32,000 nucleotides of DNA. Source: Serratia phage vB_SmaM-Kamaji. This document shows positions 8,091 to 15,616 of this stretch, in pieces; position 1 is the stretch's first letter; the number at the start of each line of letters is the position of its first letter. The notes beneath the pieces are model-generated. The model saw only the letters and a list, made by a program, of their open reading frames with translations, searched no databases and was not told the origin of the DNA. The translations under genes and the position numbers were made by a program. Location of the stretch: the sequence record ON287373.1; one strand, written 5' to 3'.

Positions 8091-8454
8091 CCACCAGTTT
8101 AAAGGCCGTTACGCCCGGATGCCGGGCAAAGATATGTTTTAGTGCCTTAGTCACTTGAGGCGGGTAATCGTCCACGCATTCAAGCTCTACATGGCAGTAG
8201 CCGCACCCATCCTCACCGTGTAGGCCAGCGTCGGCTACTAGCTCACAAGCCATATTCCAGCCGATGCGGTTCACATCGGCTATCACCGTTACTATGCCGG
8301 ACGTGGTAAGCGTATACTCACGTTCGAGGATTGGAGGCAGACCGATAACCTCAGCATAGGGATCAATGCCCGTACCATTGCAGGGGTTACACTCGAACAA
8401 CTGCCCCACGTCTGCCTCGACCAGCCCTAGCCCGTCGCAATATTTACATTTCAT
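8080..8454 (-). CDS. Hypothetical protein with DnaJ-type CxxCxG zinc motifs
   Basis: 124 aa; CKYCDGLG...CNPCNGTG...CGYC. Confidence 0.75.
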   Translation of the reverse strand: MKCKYCDGLGLVEADVGQLFECNPCNGTGIDPYAEVIGLPPILEREYTLTTSGIVTVIADVNRIGWNMACELVADAGLHGEDGCGYCHVELECVDDYPPQVTKALKHIFARHPGVTAFKLVDEY

Positions 8455-8738
8455 GCTTTCTTTCTCCGCTTCTTAGTCTTGGCGATGACCGCCGTTTTGA
8501 TGTGGTGCATCGCGCCCACGCATTTGCAAATGAATACCATTTGACCGCTACGGATAGCATAGTGATCGGCTTCACCCTTAACGGGGTAATCCCAATCAAC
8601 ATGCGCATCTTGAATGGCGTCGAAAATCTCTTCTAGTGGCTGGCCGGTGCGCTCCACGAACCGCTGTAAAGCGTGGGGCGACAAACAGTATTGCCCCAGC
8701 TCTATATCGCCGTTAGCCAAAAGTCTGGCCTCAGTCAT
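8451..8738 (-). CDS. Hypothetical pre-early protein
   Basis: 95 aa ORF, ATGA-type overlap with downstream gene. Confidence 0.7.
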   Translation of the reverse strand: MTEARLLANGDIELGQYCLSPHALQRFVERTGQPLEEIFDAIQDAHVDWDYPVKGEADHYAIRSGQMVFICKCVGAMHHIKTAVIAKTKKRRKKA

Positions 8739-8895
8739 AACACCACCAACAAGAAGATAACGACGATAGCCACCAGCAAGAACGCCCCTCCCCCGTTACT
8801 GCCGCCCGGCTGTTTGCCATTCGACAAGGTTTTTTGTATGTGGTTCCCCTTGTTCTTACCGCGCACAAACCGGTACTTTTGAGCAGTTGCGGTAA

Positions 8896-9060
8896 TCATA
8901 CGTTAGCCCCTTCGTCTGGAGTGAACACGATAGCGTAGCCTTGTTCCTCAACCTGCAAACGCCCGTAATATAGCGCATGAGTATTGACCGGCACCAGCTT
9001 GTTAATCCACTGCTTATGGATTACGCGGGTAATACGCGCACCACGATAACGCTTAGTCAT
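8896..9060 (-). CDS. 54 aa hypothetical protein (MTKRYRGARITRVIHKQWINKLVPVNTHALYYG...)
   Basis: Manually read ORF with upstream AGGA RBS; below the 60 aa cutoff of the supplied track. Confidence 0.6.
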   Translation of the reverse strand: MTKRYRGARITRVIHKQWINKLVPVNTHALYYGRLQVEEQGYAIVFTPDEGANV

Positions 9061-9061
9061 T

Positions 9062-9148
9062 TTAATAATCCTCATCGATTAAGAGAGCAACACCAGCCAG
9101 AACTAAGGCCGCCAAAATAACAACCGCACCGATAGTGAATGGTAACAT
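9062..9148 (-). CDS. 28 aa hydrophobic micro-protein (MLPFTIGAVVILAALVLAGVALLIDEDY)
   Basis: Manually read ORF, single transmembrane helix, directly upstream of the 54 aa ORF. Confidence 0.5.
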   Translation of the reverse strand: MLPFTIGAVVILAALVLAGVALLIDEDY

Positions 9149-9327
9149 TTTCGAACCCCCTAGCTTGACCAGTTGGCCGGAAACCATTTCCCGACCTCAA
9201 GGATATTGTAGCAAGGGGAATTCTGAAATGCAACCGTTACAAGTCAATTAAATTAACTGTAATCGAGATGCCCGCACTAGTGATAGTGATTGACTCGCCG
9301 AACGTATCGAAAAACTCCATATAGGGA

Positions 9328-9756
9328 TCAGGCTTGTCTAGTACGTCGCAGATTTGCCAGATGCGCGCCCGCTTCTTTAAGCACGTTCAAGAGGTCAATC
9401 CAATTGAAGCCACCAATCCGGGCGGTGTGGTAAGACAGCATAAACCACGTTGCGCAGCCCTGCACCCCATCATTTTCGTGCCACTCGCATTCAGTTTGGC
9501 AATCCGGGCATACATTATCATCACCCTCATTCCCGCACTCATTGCAATAGTAGGAACCCTCGAAACCGTGACTTTGAGCGTTCTCACGCGCCAGCTCAAG
9601 CGTCGTTTCGTCTATGTCGTCGCCTTTGGGGAAATAGAGCATATCGGTGCTCTCACTGCCCACATAACCGGTGTAACATTTAGTAAACGCAATCAGGTTA
9701 TGGGGTGCTTTACCCTCTAGCCCGATATTGCCCCTATTATCTGGCTTGTATTTCAT
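9328..9756 (-). CDS. Hypothetical zinc-ribbon-containing pre-early protein; possibly frameshifted to end at 9237
   Basis: 142 aa; CNECGNEGDDNVCPDC; coding-like continuation in the +1 frame. Confidence 0.7.
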   Translation of the reverse strand: MKYKPDNRGNIGLEGKAPHNLIAFTKCYTGYVGSESTDMLYFPKGDDIDETTLELARENAQSHGFEGSYYCNECGNEGDDNVCPDCQTECEWHENDGVQGCATWFMLSYHTARIGGFNWIDLLNVLKEAGAHLANLRRTRQA

Positions 9757-9818
9757 ATCTTAAACTCCAATCAGGGATTAACCGGCAATGCCCCCACTAT
9801 TTCAGGGGGCATTAACTG

Positions 9819-10856
9819 TTATTCCGCTACCGCCGCCGGTGCGGTCAGTGAATCGAGGTTAACACCTTTGAGCAGCCCATCGATCAGCCCCTCAATATCC
9901 AGACCTTCAAGCGCGGCGATCATTGCGCCCTCAACCATTGCATCAGCCACCAGCACGGCGTTTTTATTGTTCGCTGCATACTGGTCTACCGCAAACTTGA
10001 CAACGTTGGCAATAACCAGTTGGCCGATAGCGGTGTCCGCATAGCCGCGAACCATGAGCGGCAGCTTACCACCGACGATTTTGGTAACGTTTTTGATTGC
10101 GATCTTGCCAGCGGTAATGCGAGCAGCGGACAGGGCAGCGTTTTTATTCAGTTCAACAACTTTAGCGATCTTAGTCATAATTACAGTCTCTTTTTGAGTA
10201 GTGGATTCAGTTTGTACAGCTTTTTCAGTGTACGCTTGTTTTTCTTCCATTGCAAGCGCTTTTTCTTCTTTTTCGTTTTTGTCGCAAATATTTGCGTCGT
10301 CTACGTCCATCACATCGATACCTTCGTCGATGTGCGCCATCATGTATGAAACGCCGTGGCGCTCCTCAAACGGCAGTATATCATGCTTTTTAGTGGAGAA
10401 CAACACCACAAAATCGCTGATACCATGAATTTCAAAATTTACATCACCGAAATGCTGGCGCTCGTCTAACGAGTCTAGCACATAACGCATCGATGTGCCA
10501 TCATTAACGGTAGTAAATTTCGAATCGTCTACATCGTCGCTATAGATACCAACGTGTGACGCCTTGCCGTCCCAGTGAGCAAGGATTAAATCGTGCCCTT
10601 CCTCACTAAAGTAAGCGTTTGGGGCGTAGATTGCAACAGTAAATTCCTGTTTGCTATCTAACCTGCCCTCCATTTCGTCCAGCATTTCGCGCAGGTCTGA
10701 GAGGCACATATATTTTTCATATGCTTTCTCAATCGTGTGCGTCATGTATTTGCGGGTGTGGTTAAAACTTGCCCGATTGCCTACTGCCATGTTGCGCATA
10801 CCACCGTAACGCATGGTGCGCGACCCCGGCAGACCACTAATTACATCTAGTCTCAT
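9819..10856 (-). CDS. Hypothetical pre-early protein, first gene of the leftward unit
   Basis: 345 aa ORF, GAGG RBS, boxA immediately upstream. Confidence 0.75.
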   Translation of the reverse strand: MRLDVISGLPGSRTMRYGGMRNMAVGNRASFNHTRKYMTHTIEKAYEKYMCLSDLREMLDEMEGRLDSKQEFTVAIYAPNAYFSEEGHDLILAHWDGKASHVGIYSDDVDDSKFTTVNDGTSMRYVLDSLDERQHFGDVNFEIHGISDFVVLFSTKKHDILPFEERHGVSYMMAHIDEGIDVMDVDDANICDKNEKEEKALAMEEKQAYTEKAVQTESTTQKETVIMTKIAKVVELNKNAALSAARITAGKIAIKNVTKIVGGKLPLMVRGYADTAIGQLVIANVVKFAVDQYAANNKNAVLVADAMVEGAMIAALEGLDIEGLIDGLLKGVNLDSLTAPAAVAE

Positions 10857-10870
10857 TGGGTTAACCTCGA

Positions 10871-10884
10871 TTTGTTAAAGAGCG
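10871..10884 (-). promoter_or_regulatory. rrn-type boxA (CGCTCTTTAACAAA) in leftward leader
   Basis: Match to TGCTCTTTAACAATTT core, ~15 bp before the first leftward gene. Confidence 0.6.
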
Positions 10885-11067
10885 ATTTACTACACTGACT
10901 ATTCTACAGGACGCCGCCACAAAAGCAAACATTATTTTCACTCTTTTTGCAGACCGCTCCGCAAGCATGATCCTAGCCTTGCTTTAGTATGAGGGCAGAA
11001 TTTAAATCGCTTAGAATGGCTTACAGGACGTTCTAGGGGCATATCAGAATAACCTCCGGTCTAAAAC

Positions 11068-11087
11068 ACCTGTATATTTATACAGTA
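11068..11087. promoter_or_regulatory. LexA/SOS-box-like dyad ACCTGTATATTTATACAGTA
   Basis: Exact CTGT-N8-ACAG core (11070-11085), 17/20 match to consensus. Confidence 0.6.
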
Positions 11088-11095
11088 GGATAACC

Positions 11096-11116
11096 TGTGG
11101 ATAAGTCGGTGGATAA
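11096..11116 (-). promoter_or_regulatory. Inverted DnaA box TGTGGATAA (11096-11104) and a near-match GGTGGATAA (11108-11116)
   Basis: Exact reverse complement of TTATCCACA plus an 8/9 copy. Confidence 0.7.
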
Positions 11117-11256
11117 CCCGCCTCAATGGTTCCTACGGTGTCAAATCTTTTTGTGCTGTTAATAACTTTGTGCATAGTTTAAATGGTAGTGATTCTCAAT
11201 TGCTGGTGGAATGATACCGCTATGTGATGATACGCTCACTAATTATTATATTAAAC

Positions 11257-11287
11257 ATGCTTAGCAAATATTTACTTAGCTAAGCAT
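11257..11287. repeat. Inverted repeat ATGCTTAG / CTAAGCAT
   Basis: Perfect 8 bp arms 11257-11264 and 11280-11287. Confidence 0.7.
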
Positions 11288-11633
11288 TGATTTACTACCG
11301 TTATCGCCACCAGCATAATAATTCGCCAGCAATCGATCACACCACCAAACAACACGCAGCCTAATACGTAACACGCTAATCATTAGCTTGCTAATAGTCC
11401 GCGGGCGCGGTTGATTATTAGCGTGCTAACCTTTTCGCCCCGTGATCATTCAATCTGCAATTGAGAACTGTTCCCATTGTAATAAAACTACGCATCCGAT
11501 TGCGCCCCTAGAAAACCGGGCTTGTCAAGCTTTTCATGTGGCAAAAAGTGCTAAATCGAGATCTTTTTGTTTTGATACTAGGGTATGGGTTTAGAGAAAA
11601 ACGCCTTAAAATCGATTCTAGAGCGTTCTAGAG

Positions 11634-11653
11634 GCATGTATGTTTATACAGTA
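11634..11653. promoter_or_regulatory. Degenerate LexA-like dyad GCATGTATGTTTATACAGTA
   Basis: 15/20 match; shares TTTATACAGTAG with the 11068 site. Confidence 0.35.
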
Positions 11654-11855
11654 GTACGATAAAGTGATTGACAACCTGATTTTATTATGCAACGCGTGCG
11701 CCCGCTCCTTATCTATTGGGTACTGACTGGCTATCAGCTTCTTTACACTTCTTTACAAAACTCCGCTTGTGGTTTTCTTTGGTTTCCCCTAATATTGTTT
11801 TCAAGGAAGGGGAACAAAGCAACGAACCCCCCACCGGCGGAAAACACCCCGCCAC

Positions 11856-11872
11856 GCTCTTTAAAAATTTGG
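11856..11872 (+). promoter_or_regulatory. boxA-like element GCTCTTTAAAAATTTGG
   Basis: One mismatch to the second rightward copy within the shared core. Confidence 0.5.
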
Positions 11873-11919
11873 ATATTAACTTAAAGCCTAGCGGCTACCC
11901 TAACATAAGGATTACCGCT

Positions 11920-12024
11920 ATGACTACTAAAGTGTTTAATGATTGTCCAGCCACCCACCACACAATCGAAATGGTGGAATTGTGGATAGCACGAATTAAT
12001 GCATGCTATATCATTAGAAGGTGA
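11920..12024 (+). CDS. 34 aa small ORF (MTTKVFNDCPATHHTIEMVELWIARINACYIIRR)
   Basis: ATG preceded by aagg; in-frame part of the supplied 11716-12024 ORF. Confidence 0.45.
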   Translation: MTTKVFNDCPATHHTIEMVELWIARINACYIIRR

Positions 12025-12087
12025 GTCAGTTCCCTTCATCTTGTGCAATAACGGCGTATGCGAGTACGCCCTAGAGGAGCAAGAAAA

Positions 12088-12252
12088 ATGATCGATAAAA
12101 ACTACTTGCAAACGTGCCAAGCCGATGTTAAGCTAAGATTCAAAGGTTACAAGCAAGGCAGGCAGCAAGGTTTAGGCATGGTTTGGGATAGCATGCTAAA
12201 GGAGCTGAAAAAACGCTACCTCGCTGCAAAAAAGATTGAAAATAAAGATTGA
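12088..12252 (+). CDS. Hypothetical basic protein (MIDKNYLQTCQADVK...)
   Basis: Start at 12088 has RBS (gaggagcaag); the ATG at 12058 does not. Confidence 0.6.
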   Translation: MIDKNYLQTCQADVKLRFKGYKQGRQQGLGMVWDSMLKELKKRYLAAKKIENKD

Positions 12253-12278
12253 CAAAGAAAACGCTAGGCTTTAAGATA
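12250..12278 (+). promoter_or_regulatory. Strong sigma70 promoter TTGACA-N17-TAAGAT
   Basis: Consensus -35, good -10, ideal spacing. Confidence 0.75.
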
Positions 12279-12294
12279 GTATCCAGATTCACCG

Positions 12295-12312
12295 CTCTTT
12301 AACAATTTGGAA
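12295..12312 (+). promoter_or_regulatory. rrn-type boxA GCTCTTTAACAATTTGGA
   Basis: Exact GCTCTTTAACAATTT, ~17 bp downstream of the 12250 promoter. Confidence 0.7.
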
Positions 12313-12345
12313 AGGTAGCTAAATCATCGATAACTCCTTGTGATT

Positions 12346-12396
12346 TGTTCGTGTTACTGACTTCTAGCATTATCAGGAGTCAGTAGCGAGAACAAA
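12346..12396 (+). promoter_or_regulatory. 5' UTR composite hairpin
   Basis: TACTGACTTC/GGAGTCAGTA (10 bp, one G-U) inside TTGTTC/GAACAA. Confidence 0.65.
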
Positions 12397-12418
12397 CCCC
12401 AATAATCGGAGATAAGAA

Positions 12419-12655
12419 ATGACTCAGCAACAAAACGCCCCAAAAATCGGCCAATCCGTCTTTGTACCGTTCGTTACTGACGGTGAAGGCCAAAAAGTGA
12501 AAGGGGCGGCGCTCGTACCGTTTGACAAGGTTCAAGCCGTCTATAGCGATGTGGAATACTCCACTAGCGGCAAGCGTGTTTACAGTGTCCGCCTCGAAAG
12601 CGGCGACGCCGTGAAGATCATGCAAAAAGACGAAAAATGGCAGGCTGTAGCGTAA
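12419..12655 (+). CDS. Hypothetical pre-early protein
   Basis: 78 aa ORF with RBS (ggagataag). Confidence 0.7.
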   Translation: MTQQQNAPKIGQSVFVPFVTDGEGQKVKGAALVPFDKVQAVYSDVEYSTSGKRVYSVRLESGDAVKIMQKDEKWQAVA

Positions 12656-13053
12656 CAGTCGCCCCCATTAACCTACCCGCCGAACTGCGATAGTAGGCGG
12701 TACAAAAATTGCGGAGCTGGCCGCCATATGTTAGACTTTCGATCTAGCGCCCACGTTGCCCGGACAATATGCTGGCGGGATACTTACTAGTCGGGGCCTG
12801 AAAGCCCGTTATATGATCTTATATCATGCTTGAGGCGGCAATTAAGAGCCAATCCGAACCGGTAGCGAAAAACGGCCTTTAACGGGTAAGGTTGTATGCA
12901 GGGCTTGAAAGCCTTGGCAAAGTGTGAGAGTGTTATCTAACTGCCTTTTGATTCTCTTAGCGTCTAACCTAGTGTGAAACAGCGGGATTCATCAAAAGGC
13001 AGTAGGGCTAACATTTAGCCGTAACCCTTAATTTATTAAATTGGAGCATTATC
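12656..13053 (+). other. ~400 nt structured intergenic region; possible leader or small RNA
   Basis: No ORF; perfect 13 bp inverted repeat ACTGCCTTTTGAT (12940-12952) / ATCAAAAGGCAGT (12991-13003) plus smaller hairpins. Confidence 0.5.
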
Positions 13054-13452
13054 ATGACTAAGCAAGCTAAATTCTCTTGGAACGACGAAAACACCGCTAT
13101 CATCGTGGACAAGTACAAAACCCAACACGCTGAAAACCCGGAAATCGCGAACAGCACCGAATTCTTGAACGGGCTGGCGAAAGAAGTCGGTGCAACGTCT
13201 GGCGTTTCTGTCCGTACTAAGCTGGTTAACTCTGGTGAATATCAGAAAGGTGAAGTGCGCAAGGTAGGCGGCGGTAGCAGTGTTCGCAAAGCGCATTATG
13301 TCCGCGCTCTGGAAGCGGTAGCCGCCGATCATGACCTGAACATCGAAAAAGGCGATTTTGACAGTCTCGAAAGTTGCAAAATGGACACTCTGAAATTGTT
13401 GGCTAAGCTGATTCCGGGCGTCGATGAAGCGGTCGCCGAACAACTGGCCTAA
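13054..13452 (+). CDS. A2: T5 A2-like pre-early protein (second-step DNA transfer)
   Basis: 132 aa, similar size, composition and position to T5 A2; assigned from recall and context. Confidence 0.6.
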   Translation: MTKQAKFSWNDENTAIIVDKYKTQHAENPEIANSTEFLNGLAKEVGATSGVSVRTKLVNSGEYQKGEVRKVGGGSSVRKAHYVRALEAVAADHDLNIEKGDFDSLESCKMDTLKLLAKLIPGVDEAVAEQLA

Positions 13453-13467
13453 CGGTTGTTAGCTGGG

Positions 13468-13492
13468 TATCCCCTCGAAGTTTGAGGGGATA
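13468..13492 (+). terminator. Intergenic hairpin TATCCCCTC-N7-GAGGGGATA after the A2-like gene
   Basis: Perfect 9 bp stem, no T tract. Confidence 0.5.
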
Positions 13493-13524
13493 ACAGGATA
13501 ATAACCCTTGATGGAGTAAATATT

Positions 13525-13800
13525 ATGAGTATGATTTTCTACCCTAGCGAATCCTTTGTATTGGGGCTGTTTATTCTCATGGCTGTAATGCTGATTCTAT
13601 ATGTCGGCTTGCGCTTTGTGGATACATTCTTTACATACCACACCAAAGCAGGCGAGCGGGAATTTATGCGGCTTGTGCGCCGGGTTAAATTCTGGCTTCT
13701 GGTGGTGACGGTGGTGGCATTCGCTTGTGGTGTATATTCTAGCTTTATACCGGGCGACCTGCCAACGGTTGAAATATCCGATGTAGTTGATTCAGAGTAG
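13525..13800 (+). CDS. Two-helix membrane protein; positional candidate for an A3-like gene
   Basis: 91 aa, two hydrophobic segments, between A2-like and A1-like genes. Confidence 0.65.
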   Translation: MSMIFYPSESFVLGLFILMAVMLILYVGLRFVDTFFTYHTKAGEREFMRLVRRVKFWLLVVTVVAFACGVYSSFIPGDLPTVEISDVVDSE

Positions 13801-13806
13801 CAATTT

Positions 13807-13832
13807 ATGCCCTAGCTTATATAGTGGGGCAT
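13807..13832 (+). repeat. Copy 1 of a hairpin-forming direct repeat ATGCCCTAGCTTATATAGTGGGGCAT
   Basis: 25/26 identical to 15967-15992. Confidence 0.85.
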
Positions 13833-13877
13833 ATGTGGCAATTCTGCCTATTACCCGTAAAAACCGGAGTTATTGTT

Positions 13878-15554
13878 ATGTCAAAAGTATCTAAAGAAGT
13901 TATCGCGTCTATTATTGCTCAAGCTATCGATTTGAACTATCGCGGCAAGCGCCTTGGCACTGCAAAGGCAGCCGTAGCGGAGCAAATCAGCCGTAACGTA
14001 TTCGAAACCGGCAGTAAGAGCGACGTAGTACGCGCCATTCTGGACGATGCCGCTAATTGGCCTGCTAAGCCTGAAAAGGTTAAAGCGGAGCGTAAACGTG
14101 CTATCGATGCAAATCTGCCGGAAATCGGCGGGCAAATGCAGCAGGACGTTAACAATTGGCCGGTGATTGAGGGCGACCGTTTTATTATCACCTCCGCCCA
14201 GAATAACACCGAAGTGCACCCCCGCTTTATGTCTGCGCTCAAAACTTACGCGGACGCTATCGGGGCAAAATTGCTGATTAGCCGTTTTGCCTACAATAAA
14301 AAAGGCTTCCAGAATAAAGGCGATTCAATTAATGAATTGACCTATGCTAGCGACGTATTGCCGTATATTCAGGCTGAAAACTGTTTCCTGAATAACCGGG
14401 GCTTTGCATTCATGGCAGCCGTAAATACCCTGCCGACCGCCGTTTATCCTCTTTCCGGGTTCGCTGAAATTTTCGGCAACTATTCCGGGGCTATCGGTCA
14501 CGTTCAAATCACCGCTGAAAGTATCCCGGCGATGAAAGGGCAGGAAGTGCGCCGCATGTACTCAACCGGCACTGTAACGCAGCGCAATTACATTCAGCAG
14601 AAAGCAGGCCAGAAAGCCGAACCGTTGCACTGTTATGGTGCGCTTATCGTTGAATTCGATGCTGAGGGTGAATTCTATGTTCGCCAGCTTCAAACGATGG
14701 ACGATAGCGGCGAGTTCTTTGATTTGAACTATCACGTCACGCCGTCAGCGGTACGCCAGACAACCGGACACGTTGCAGGGCTGCAATATGGCGATATTCA
14801 CGCCGAAAAGCTTGATTTAGAGTGCGCGGCGGCTTCGTGGGGCTATGAAAACAGCTTGCTGGACTTCCTCAAGCCACGTTATCAGCTTATCCACGATATT
14901 CACGACTTCACAAGCCGTAATCACCATAACCGCGCGTCGGGCAACTTCCTGTTGCAGCAGTATTACAGCGAAAGCGAGGGGCGTGTAGCCGACGACCTGC
15001 GCATTACTGGTGAAGTGTTGCAGGCAATGGAGCGTGATTATTCTCAGGTTGTCGTAGTGGAGTCTAACCACGATTTGGCGCTAGGCCGCTGGCTGGATGA
15101 TTTGAAGTACAGCCCTAAAACTGACCCGGCGAACGCGGAACTGTATTACGCCCTTAACCTTGCTAACGCTAAGGCTATTCGTGAAGGCGACGACACGTTT
15201 AATTTACTGTCCCACGCCATTAACGAATATATGGGGCTGCAATCGTCCGCCCTGTTCCTGTTCACAGATCAATCCTTCCCGGTTGCAGGTATTGAATGTG
15301 GGATGCACGGTCACAACGGTATTAACGGCAGCCGTGGCGCTCCTAAGCAGTTTAAAAAGCTGGGGGTGCGGGCTAATACCGGGCACACTCACACCGCATC
15401 TATTTACGGTGGCATTTATACGGCTGGCGTCGCTGGTTCGCTGGATATGGGTTACAACATCGGCGCTTCTAGCTGGACGCAAACCCATATCATTACCTAT
15501 GAGAACGGGCAACGTACCCTGATTGACTTCAAAAACGGCAAGTTCTTTGCTTAA
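13878..15554 (+). CDS. A1: T5 A1-like pre-early protein, metallophosphoesterase-type
   Basis: 558 aa from ATG 13878; ESNHD, HGHNGINGSRG and NTGHTH metal-binding motifs; FST context. Confidence 0.85.
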   Translation: MSKVSKEVIASIIAQAIDLNYRGKRLGTAKAAVAEQISRNVFETGSKSDVVRAILDDAANWPAKPEKVKAERKRAIDANLPEIGGQMQQDVNNWPVIEGDRFIITSAQNNTEVHPRFMSALKTYADAIGAKLLISRFAYNKKGFQNKGDSINELTYASDVLPYIQAENCFLNNRGFAFMAAVNTLPTAVYPLSGFAEIFGNYSGAIGHVQITAESIPAMKGQEVRRMYSTGTVTQRNYIQQKAGQKAEPLHCYGALIVEFDAEGEFYVRQLQTMDDSGEFFDLNYHVTPSAVRQTTGHVAGLQYGDIHAEKLDLECAAASWGYENSLLDFLKPRYQLIHDIHDFTSRNHHNRASGNFLLQQYYSESEGRVADDLRITGEVLQAMERDYSQVVVVESNHDLALGRWLDDLKYSPKTDPANAELYYALNLANAKAIREGDDTFNLLSHAINEYMGLQSSALFLFTDQSFPVAGIECGMHGHNGINGSRGAPKQFKKLGVRANTGHTHTASIYGGIYTAGVAGSLDMGYNIGASSWTQTHIITYENGQRTLIDFKNGKFFA

Positions 15555-15568
15555 CTAACCCGACTATC

Positions 15569-15600
15569 GCCGCTAGGTAAATTAAACCCTAGCGGCTTTA
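15569..15600 (+). terminator. Hairpin terminator GCCGCTAGG-N10-CCTAGCGGC-TTTATT
   Basis: Perfect 9 bp stem and short T-rich tail. Confidence 0.65.
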
Positions 15601-15616
15601 TTAAGGAGTCTTAATT

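Noticed and set aside
9334-9720. 128 aa plus-strand ORF opposite 9328..9756
   Set aside because: It is a shadow ORF; the minus frame has zinc-ribbon motifs and lies in a co-directional gene set
11139-11144. Minus-strand -35 (TTGACA) for the leftward unit
   Set aside because: No acceptable -10 hexamer at 16-18 bp spacing
11668-11688. Plus-strand promoter TTGACA...TATTAT
   Set aside because: The spacer is only ~9 bp, too short for sigma70
11687-12024. ORFs 11687..11884 and 11716..12024 as full-length genes
   Set aside because: They run through a hairpin and boxA leader with poor starts; only the 34 aa segment from 11920 has a plausible start
13036-13443. 135 aa minus ORF opposite the A2-like gene
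   Set aside because: It is antisense to a gene with RBS, good composition and T5-like context
15160-15522. 120 aa plus ORF inside the A1-like gene
   Set aside because: It is an out-of-frame overlap with the metal-binding C-terminus of the A1-like protein
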